DNA of 64,000 nucleotides from Candidatus Lustribacter sp. (GTDB taxonomy: Bacteria > Vulcanimicrobiota > Vulcanimicrobiia > Vulcanimicrobiales > Vulcanimicrobiaceae), in assembly GCA_965277805.1 (NCBI GenBank), contig OZ255842.1, forward strand, positions 288,001 through 352,000, in the 5' to 3' direction. Positions 57,163-64,000 of the stretch are shown in pieces. The position numbers and the translations under genes were made by a program. Position 1 is the stretch's first letter. Each line of letters opens with the position of its first letter. The notes beneath the pieces were generated by a model that saw only the letters and a list, made by a program, of their open reading frames with translations, was not told where the DNA came from and did not search any database.

Positions 57163-58218
57163 GTGGACGTAATGACCATCCTCGTTCTCGAAGAGACCGA
57201 GGCGGATTTGGGCCACCATCAGCGGATTCTCGAGACGATCCCCGGCGTCCGGTTGGGACTCTTCGCCGACCCGGCAGCCGCCCAGAAAATTTATATCGAC
57301 CAGAAAATCGACGTGCTGGTCGTCGACGACGGGATCGCGGAGGGCGGCCTCGCCTTCCTAAAACAGGTGCATCTGCTTTCGGGCCGCCGCGACGTGCCGG
57401 TGATCTTGCTGGCCGCCAACGGCGACAAAGACGTGCGGCGCGCGGCCTACGAGTACGGCGTGTACAACGTGATCGAAAAACCGATCGATCCGGCTTCGTA
57501 CCTCTGCATCGCCCGCAACGCGCTCTCCATGCAAGTCATGCGCCGCAACGATGCCAACAACACGACCGCCGTGGTCGAGCAGATGAAGACGGTCGTCGCG
57601 CAGGTCGAAGAGCGCGAGATCCAGCTGATCTACGGCCTGCTGCACACGGCCAACATGGTCGATCCCGCGCTTTCGCGCCGGATGGTAAAGGTCGCCGGCA
57701 TCGCCGCGAAGATCGCCCACCGCGCGAGCGCCATCGGGCACGACGAGGCCCGCCGCTTCGGCATCGCGGCGCGGATCTACGACATCGGCATGCTCGCGCT
57801 GCCGGGTCCCGTGCGCGAGCGCCGCACCGAACTCGCGCCGGCGGATGCCGCGCGGCTTCTCGCCCCGCACGTCGAACGTTCGGGTGAAGTGTTTGCCAAA
57901 GAGAAGACCGGCATCGTCGAGCTCGCCGCGATCATCGCGCGCCAGCATCACGAGCGCTTCGACGGCCGCGGTTATCCCGACGGCCTCGAAAAGCACGCGA
58001 TTTCGATCTACGCCCAACTGGTGCTCGTCGCGGAAACGTTCAACGACGCGGTGACGACCGGGCCGCCGGGATCGAGCCGCACGACGCCGCTCTCCGAAGT
58101 TCAGGCGATGGCGTATATCGATCGGCAATCCGGCACGGCGTTCGATCCCGAAGTCGTCGAAGGATTGCGGCTGATGTTGCAGTCGCCGCTCGATCCGCTG
58201 CTGTCGGCAAAAGTGTAG
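57163..58218 (+). CDS. Response regulator with a degenerate HD-GYP domain (RpfG-like)
   Basis: REC domain (VVDD, EKP); YDIG in place of HDIG; HHERFDGRGYP; GTAFDP. Confidence 0.85.
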   Translation: MDVMTILVLEETEADLGHHQRILETIPGVRLGLFADPAAAQKIYIDQKIDVLVVDDGIAEGGLAFLKQVHLLSGRRDVPVILLAANGDKDVRRAAYEYGVYNVIEKPIDPASYLCIARNALSMQVMRRNDANNTTAVVEQMKTVVAQVEEREIQLIYGLLHTANMVDPALSRRMVKVAGIAAKIAHRASAIGHDEARRFGIAARIYDIGMLALPGPVRERRTELAPADAARLLAPHVERSGEVFAKEKTGIVELAAIIARQHHERFDGRGYPDGLEKHAISIYAQLVLVAETFNDAVTTGPPGSSRTTPLSEVQAMAYIDRQSGTAFDPEVVEGLRLMLQSPLDPLLSAKV

Positions 58219-58679
58219 TGACTCCCCTCATCGCCACCATCGCGCTCGCCGCGTTGCTGCTGATGATCGGTATCGAGCTTGCGATCATGCGCAGCCGCAA
58301 GCGTCCGCAGCGGCGTTACGCGCACCGGCACGCGCGCCGTCAGCCGCTGCTCGAGGACCGTATGCGCGGCGCGCTCGACGAACCGCAGGCCCAGTACGGC
58401 GAGGTCTTCACCAGCTACATGATCTGGAAGCGCGATCAAGAGACGCGCATGGAGCTGTTTACCGGCGACCCCTGGATGCAGCTCAACGAGTTCACGCGTT
58501 CGATCGTCGTCCGTCACATCTGGCGCGCGCTCGAGAAACTCGCCAAGGGTTCGGTCGTCGTCATCGATCAGCCGCCGCAAGAGTGGTCGGCGCAAATCGA
58601 TCAAGCCTTTGACGATCGCGGAATCGACCCATGGGGCGAGAAAATCCCGCCCGGCCCCCAATACGCGAAGGAACGCTAG
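58218..58679 (+). CDS. Hypothetical membrane-anchored protein
   Basis: N-terminal hydrophobic helix; start overlaps the upstream stop. Confidence 0.7.
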   Translation: MTPLIATIALAALLLMIGIELAIMRSRKRPQRRYAHRHARRQPLLEDRMRGALDEPQAQYGEVFTSYMIWKRDQETRMELFTGDPWMQLNEFTRSIVVRHIWRALEKLAKGSVVVIDQPPQEWSAQIDQAFDDRGIDPWGEKIPPGPQYAKER

Positions 58680-58688
58680 CTGCGCACC

Positions 58689-58718
58689 GCTGTCATCCCG
58701 AGCTTGTCGAGGGACAGC
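58689..58718. repeat. Short REP-like hairpin, copy 3
   Basis: GCTGTCATCCCGAGCTTGTCGAGGGACAGC between convergent stops; same TGTCATCC end as copies 1 and 2. Confidence 0.65.
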
Positions 58719-59722
58719 TACCAGCCTAGCGCTTCCGGCACGAACAGTTCGTCGAGGCTGACGATGCGTTTGGCGAGGCCCTGTTCGTAGTCGTAGCGCG
58801 CGATCGTTTCCAATTCGGCGCGTGATGAGATCACACCGTACGGCATCGGGTCCTTCGCGAGCGCGGCGCTATCGAGCAAACCGGCGGCCAGAAAAGGTTC
58901 GACGTTGCCGTCGCGCTCGGCGTAGATCGAAGCCTTCGCTTTGACGAACGCATCGTAGAGGCTCTTCGCGACCCACGGTTCGCGCTCGTAGAGCGAGCGG
59001 CGCATCACGACCGTATGATTGATCGGGAACATGCCGGTTTTCGCGTAGTAGCGCTTGGCTTCGCTGACCGGGTCGGGAAAGAGCGGCACGATGTCGTTGC
59101 GGCCTTCGAGCTCGACCGAGCTGCGGTCGACGAGATTGCCGTCCGTGATGTAGAGGACGGTGGCGTCGAGCTCGCCCTTGATCATCATCTCGCCCATGTT
59201 GGTCGTGGGCGGAATGTAGTGGAACTCGACGCCGGGCGGTGCGGAGAAACCGGTCGAACCGCCGTGGCTCTTCTCCGGCGTGCGCTCCATGTACCACACG
59301 TTGTCTTTCGGCTGCACGCCGAACTCATCGGCGAAGATTCCGCGGCTCCACACGGCCCAGGTTTGTTGGTACTCCGGAACGCCGATGCGTATGCCGCGTA
59401 AGTCGCTCGGCTTCGTGATGTTCAGGCTCTTGCGCACGAGTACCGAGGTGTGGAAGAAGTGGCGCGCCGTGAAAACCGGAATCGCGACCCACTCCGTCGG
59501 CGCGATCGAGGTCGCGATGCAGAGCGACGACACCGACATCTCCGAGACGTCGAACTCGGAGAACTTGAGCTGGCGCCAGAACAGTTCCGAGGCGTGAACG
59601 GTGCTCGGCAGCAGGCGCAAGCCGTCGGCTTGGATCTCGCCGGAGAGCATCGGCGCCGTGCGCTGGTTGTGCATTAGCGCCATGCTCAGCTCGAGCGGTT
59701 TGGTTTCGGTTGCAGCACTCAT
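58718..59722 (-). CDS. 4,5-dihydroxyphthalate decarboxylase-like (OphC/PhtD, SBP-fold) protein
   Basis: FDVSEMS, AIPVF..R.F.H, RIGVPEYQQT.AVW.RG, FPINHTVV, PYG. Confidence 0.82.
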   Translation of the reverse strand: MSAATETKPLELSMALMHNQRTAPMLSGEIQADGLRLLPSTVHASELFWRQLKFSEFDVSEMSVSSLCIATSIAPTEWVAIPVFTARHFFHTSVLVRKSLNITKPSDLRGIRIGVPEYQQTWAVWSRGIFADEFGVQPKDNVWYMERTPEKSHGGSTGFSAPPGVEFHYIPPTTNMGEMMIKGELDATVLYITDGNLVDRSSVELEGRNDIVPLFPDPVSEAKRYYAKTGMFPINHTVVMRRSLYEREPWVAKSLYDAFVKAKASIYAERDGNVEPFLAAGLLDSAALAKDPMPYGVISSRAELETIARYDYEQGLAKRIVSLDELFVPEALGW

Positions 59723-59838
59723 TCGGATGTCACCTCGCGGGGTGGATTGCCCGAAGCCGGCGTCCGTACCTTTGCGACAATGAGGCCGTACGTCTTCGCC
59801 ACGCTCGTTGCGCAGCGAAGACGACGGCACGTTGGATG

Positions 59839-60096
59839 CTAAGCGCGGGCGCGGGTTAACGCACGACCGATGAACAGCAGAATGACCGCGCCGACGAAGG
59901 CGACGAAAATGCTGTAGAGATTGAGTCCGTCGACCGCGGAATGGCCGAGCATGTTGAAGACCCAACCGCCGATGAAGGCGCCGATAATTCCGATGATAAG
60001 ATCACCTAAAACGCCGCCCGGACCTTCGCCGGGAACGACGTACTTCGCGAGAAATCCGGCGATGATGCCGACGATCAACCAACCGATGATGCTCAT
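59839..60096 (-). CDS. GlsB/YeaQ/YmgE-family stress membrane protein
   Basis: MSIIGWLIVGIIAGFLAK..VPG...GIIGAFIGG...AFVGAVILL. Confidence 0.9.
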   Translation of the reverse strand: MSIIGWLIVGIIAGFLAKYVVPGEGPGGVLGDLIIGIIGAFIGGWVFNMLGHSAVDGLNLYSIFVAFVGAVILLFIGRALTRARA

Positions 60097-60308
60097 ATGT
60101 GTATGCCTCGATGAGAGCGATGCGCGGTAAAGGCACCGCACGACTCTCTGTTTACCCGGTCTCCATTTGAGCTAATCCCAAATGTGAAATAATAAATAAT
60201 AAAAATTAGCGAGGTGTACGGCATAGCGCAATCGATTCGCGGAGCCGCCGCGTTATGGGTATAACGACCTCGGTCGTCGCTCACATTCACTTAAGGAAGG
60301 CAGCTAGA

Positions 60309-60515
60309 TTGGCAGATTCAGAACGCAGCGCCGTATCGCATACGATCGCTAAATCGCTTTTACGGCGCTTGGAACGCATCGCATACAAGCATCGCGTGAG
60401 TCGAAGCGCGATCGTCGAATATGCCGTCACACTGCTCTTCAGCACATATCCGAGCGACGTTGCGCTCGGTGAATTCCTCATTGCGAGAGGGGCGGGCCGA
60501 AGGCGCACGACCTAA
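60309..60515 (+). CDS. Ribbon-helix-helix (CopG-like) DNA-binding protein
   Basis: AVSHTI...LLRRLERIAYKHRVSRSAIVEYAV; AAGGAAGG RBS before TTG 60309. Confidence 0.6.
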   Translation: MADSERSAVSHTIAKSLLRRLERIAYKHRVSRSAIVEYAVTLLFSTYPSDVALGEFLIARGAGRRRTT

Positions 60516-60519
60516 GCAG

Positions 60520-61911
60520 CTACGTCCACGGTCCTGCGCGGTCGCGGCGCAGTTCGCGAACCGACTCGATGCGCAGCGTGCTGATCGCCACCGCTACGAG
60601 GGAGAGTCCGACCGATACCCAGAGGGCAACGCGGACCTCCGTGCTCCCGGCGCCGCCGGCGCTGAAGATCAGCGCGGCGAGCGCCACGCCGGTCGTCATG
60701 CCGGTCATGCGCGCGGTAGTGGTCAATCCGGTGATCGCGCCGCTGCGGTGGCGCGGCGCCGCGCCGACCATCGCGCGCAAGTTGGGCGTGACGAACACCG
60801 CAAAGCCCGCGCCACCGAGCGCGGTGCGCCAGACGATGTCCCAGGTCGCCGGATGTTCGGGCACGAGCGCCAGGAGTGCCATCGAGAGCGCGAAGGTGCC
60901 GAGGCCGATCGAACCGAGGATGCCCGCATGATAGCGATCGGCGAGACGTCCGGCGATGATCGCGACGAGTGCCGAGCCGATGGGGAAGGGCGTCATCAGG
61001 AAGCCGGTCTCGGCGGCGGTATACCCCAGCGAGTGGAAGTAGAACGGCAGCGCGATCAGCGATGCGTTCAGGGCGATGAACGCGGTGAACGATGCCATCA
61101 GCGAGAGCCGGATGATGCGGATCTGCAACAGATCGATCGCGATGAAGGGCACTTCGAGCGCGCTCTGCCGGCGCACGACGATCGCGCCGACGATGAACGC
61201 ACCGGCCACCTCGATGCCGAAGAAGATCGTATTCGCGGGCGCGCGCAGCTGATCGAGTCCGGTGATGAAGAGCGCGAGCGCGGCACCGCTGAACGCCGCG
61301 CTGAACCAGTCGAAGCGGTGCGTCGCGCGCGGCATGTCCGGCAGCCGCCCGCTGAGCGCGAGCGAGACCAGGGCGAACGGCACGTTGATCCAAAAGAGCA
61401 GCGGCCACGTGCCGAACGTTAGGACCAGTCCGCCGATCGCGGGGCCGGCGGCGGTCGACACCGAGACGATCAAGCTCTGGATGCCGATCGCGACGCCGAG
61501 CTGCGAGCGCGGAAAGGCAAAGCGCGTGATCGGCTGCGAGGTCGCGAGGATCGCCGCCGCGCCGATGCCTTGAAAACAGCGCGCCGCAACGAGCATGGTG
61601 AGGCTTTGTGAAAGCGCGCAGGCGATCGAACCGGCGATGAAGATCACGATGCCGGTGCGATAGATGCGCGCGAAGCCGCCGATGTCGCCGTAGGTCGAGA
61701 GCGGCACGATCAGCATCGTTTGCGCGAGCGCAAACGCATTGACGACCCACACCACGGCGCTCGAACTCACCTTGAGGTTGCCGGCGATCGTCGGCAACGC
61801 GACGTTCATGATCGTGCCGTCCAGCACGCTCAACACCGTCGTGATGCCGACCGTGAAGACGACGATCCGTTGCCGGCCGAGGGGCAGACCCTCGCCGTAC
61901 TCGACGCTCAG
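60520..61911 (-). CDS. MFS transporter, DHA2/YebQ-like; probable CTG start
   Basis: EGLPLGRQR...VLDGTIMNVALPTIA, WVVNAF, WINVPF. Confidence 0.88.
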   Translation of the reverse strand: MSVEYGEGLPLGRQRIVVFTVGITTVLSVLDGTIMNVALPTIAGNLKVSSSAVVWVVNAFALAQTMLIVPLSTYGDIGGFARIYRTGIVIFIAGSIACALSQSLTMLVAARCFQGIGAAAILATSQPITRFAFPRSQLGVAIGIQSLIVSVSTAAGPAIGGLVLTFGTWPLLFWINVPFALVSLALSGRLPDMPRATHRFDWFSAAFSGAALALFITGLDQLRAPANTIFFGIEVAGAFIVGAIVVRRQSALEVPFIAIDLLQIRIIRLSLMASFTAFIALNASLIALPFYFHSLGYTAAETGFLMTPFPIGSALVAIIAGRLADRYHAGILGSIGLGTFALSMALLALVPEHPATWDIVWRTALGGAGFAVFVTPNLRAMVGAAPRHRSGAITGLTTTARMTGMTTGVALAALIFSAGGAGSTEVRVALWVSVGLSLVAVAISTLRIESVRELRRDRAGPWT

Positions 61912-61912
61912 A

Positions 61913-62755
61913 CTATGCGCCCGCGCTCGCCCAGGCGAAAGCCTCGCGACCCTCGACGTAGGTGAGCGGATCGATCGCCGGGTTGCGATTGACGAGCGCG
62001 CGGCCGAACAGGGGATGGCGCAGGCTGCGCACTTCGTGTTCGAGCCGGTAGTACACGCGGCCGTCGTCGCCGGCGATGTCGAGGAACCGGTACTCGTGCG
62101 CGTTGTTTTCCATTGAGATCAGATTGCGTTCGAGCAGCTTGCGGTGCGGCGTGGAAAAGTCGGCCAGATAGATTTGGATGTGGTGACCGTCGTAGGGTTG
62201 GAGCGGCGCATCGGTTTCGCGGAAGATCAGTTCTTGCCAACCGGCGCGCACGTGCGCGGCACCATCGGTCACCGTCGCGGGTGCGCCGATGATCTCGCGG
62301 TAGAACGCGGCGATCGGCTCCGCGGCGCCGCCGGCGACGTCGTGCTCGACGTACGCTAGGCCCAACGTCACCGGACCGAACTGCGGCGCGGGGGCATGCG
62401 CGCGAATGCGATTGCCCCATGGCGAGACGACCTCGATACCGCCCGCAACTTCCGTGAGCGGAATCTTCGCTTTGGCCAGCCGCGCGCGCAGCTCGTCGAG
62501 GTCGGGCACGACGAGCCCGGTGACGCCATGCAGGCGCTGTCCGCGTTTGGCCGTCGGCAAGTGGAATTGATGGCGGCCGACGTTGATCCACATGTTGTTG
62601 GTCGCGGTCATGAGATAGGGGTCGCGCGTGAGCCCGAGGCCGGTCACGTAGAATTCCGTCGCCGCAAGCTGATCGGTGACGTTGACGTTGACATGCCCGA
62701 TCTCGACGAGGTTGCCTACATCGTCGGCGGCACGGTCGTAGCGTTGTTCGGCCAT
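61913..62755 (-). CDS. VOC/glyoxalase-like protein
   Basis: HVNVNV.D...FY..GLGL, QFHLP, second FYREIIG module. Confidence 0.7.
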   Translation of the reverse strand: MAEQRYDRAADDVGNLVEIGHVNVNVTDQLAATEFYVTGLGLTRDPYLMTATNNMWINVGRHQFHLPTAKRGQRLHGVTGLVVPDLDELRARLAKAKIPLTEVAGGIEVVSPWGNRIRAHAPAPQFGPVTLGLAYVEHDVAGGAAEPIAAFYREIIGAPATVTDGAAHVRAGWQELIFRETDAPLQPYDGHHIQIYLADFSTPHRKLLERNLISMENNAHEYRFLDIAGDDGRVYYRLEHEVRSLRHPLFGRALVNRNPAIDPLTYVEGREAFAWASAGA

Positions 62756-62830
62756 ATTTGCCTCGTTAGTGTCCTAAACCGTCGCCTCCCTTGCAAGGAG
62801 GGGGCCCGGGGCGCGCGATAGAGTCGGGAG

Positions 62831-64000
62831 GTGTCCCAATATGTCTATACCATGCATCGGGTCGGCAAAATCGTGCCCCCGAAGAAGCAGATTCTCAAAG
62901 ATATCTCCCTGAGCTTTTTCCCCGGCGCGAAGATCGGCATTCTGGGGCTCAACGGGTCGGGAAAGACGACGATCTTGCGCATTATGGCCGGCGTCGACAC
63001 CGACATCGACGGCGACGCGATCCCGATGCCGAACTTGACGATCGGCTACCTCGAACAAGAGCCGAAGCTCGATCCCGCCAAGACCGTGCGCGAGGTCGTC
63101 GAGGAAGCGCATGCGGAGTTGCTGGCGGTCCGCAAGCGGCTCGACGAAGTGTACGCTGCGTACGGCGAGGCCGATGCCGACTTCGATGCGCTGGCCGCTG
63201 AGCAAGCGAAGCTCGAAGCGATCGTGTTCGCCTCGGACGGCGAAGACCTCGACCGGCAGTTGGAGATTGCGGCCGACGCGCTGCGCTTGCCGCCGTGGGA
63301 TGCGCTGATCGGCCCGCTCTCGGGCGGTGAGAAACGCCGCGTTGCGCTCTGCCGTCTGCTGCTCGAGAAGCCCGACATGCTGCTGCTGGACGAACCGACG
63401 AACCATCTCGACGCCGAGAGCGTGGAGTGGCTCGAGCAATTCTTGCAGCGGTTCCCCGGCACCGTCGTCGCGGTCACGCACGATCGCTACTTCCTCGACA
63501 ATGCCGCGGAATGGATTCTCGAACTCGACCGCGGCCGCGGGATTCCGTGGAAGGGCAACTACAGTTCCTGGCTCGATCAGAAACAGGAGCGGCTGGCGCA
63601 AGAAGAAGCGACCGAGACCGCGCGCCAGAAAGCGCTCAAAAAAGAACTCGAGTGGGTGCGCTCGGGCACGAAGGGCCGTCAATCGAAGAGCAAGAGCCGC
63701 ATCGCGCGCTTCGAGGAGCTCTCGAGCTACGAGTACCAGAAGCGCAACGAAACGCAAGAGATCTTCATCCCGGTCGCCGATCGGCTCGGCGATCAAGTGA
63801 TCGAGTTCAGCGGCGTGCGCAAAGCGTACGGTGACCGTCTCTTGATGGACGACGTAAACTTCCGTATCCCGGCCGGGGCCATTGTCGGCATCATCGGTCC
63901 CAACGGCGCCGGTAAGTCGACGCTCTTCCGCATGATCGCCGGCACCGAGCAGCCCGATGCCGGCACGATCAAAATCGGGCCGACCGTGAAGCTCGCGGTC
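62831..64000 (+). CDS. ettA: Energy-dependent translational throttle ABC-F ATPase, runs off the window end
   Basis: GTG start MSQYVYTMHRVGKIVPPKKQILKDISLSFFPGAKIG; LSGGEKRRVALC; LLDEPTNHLD; second Walker A GPNGAGKST. Confidence 0.95.
   Translation, partial: MSQYVYTMHRVGKIVPPKKQILKDISLSFFPGAKIGILGLNGSGKTTILRIMAGVDTDIDGDAIPMPNLTIGYLEQEPKLDPAKTVREVVEEAHAELLAVRKRLDEVYAAYGEADADFDALAAEQAKLEAIVFASDGEDLDRQLEIAADALRLPPWDALIGPLSGGEKRRVALCRLLLEKPDMLLLDEPTNHLDAESVEWLEQFLQRFPGTVVAVTHDRYFLDNAAEWILELDRGRGIPWKGNYSSWLDQKQERLAQEEATETARQKALKKELEWVRSGTKGRQSKSKSRIARFEELSSYEYQKRNETQEIFIPVADRLGDQVIEFSGVRKAYGDRLLMDDVNFRIPAGAIVGIIGPNGAGKSTLFRMIAGTEQPDAGTIKIGPTVKLAV

Overview
GC-rich bacterial chromosomal window with about 70 densely packed genes. 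I found no rRNA, tRNA, CRISPR array, transposase or phage genes. Gene content and style suggest a soil lineage such as Ca. Eremiobacterota/Vulcanimicrobiota, but this is inference only. The window holds several catabolic-looking clusters (GntR/DHDPS-like/OCD; BNR-propeller/enolase/SDR/heme-oxygenase-like diiron enzyme/TAXI-fold; hydantoinase A/B with an M24 pair; SnoaL with two amidohydrolases), many orphan solute-binding proteins, tldD/tldE, a sulfate uptake and activation operon (cysH-cysA-sbp-cysT-cysW-cysD-cysNC) and the 5' part of ettA. The strongest finding is a candidate cysteine-sensing attenuator in front of the cys operon: a leaderless 26-codon uORF (MRCPCCCPVFEPTCCLPAIGRGAALG, 47402-47482) with mutually exclusive antiterminator and terminator hairpins. 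Five genes have conserved N-termini that can only be reached from near-cognate start codons (ATT, ACG x2, CTG, ATA). There is also a REP/REPIN-like repeat family between convergent genes, an internally deleted amidohydrolase pseudogene and several operator palindromes. All family calls come from motif recognition, not database searches.
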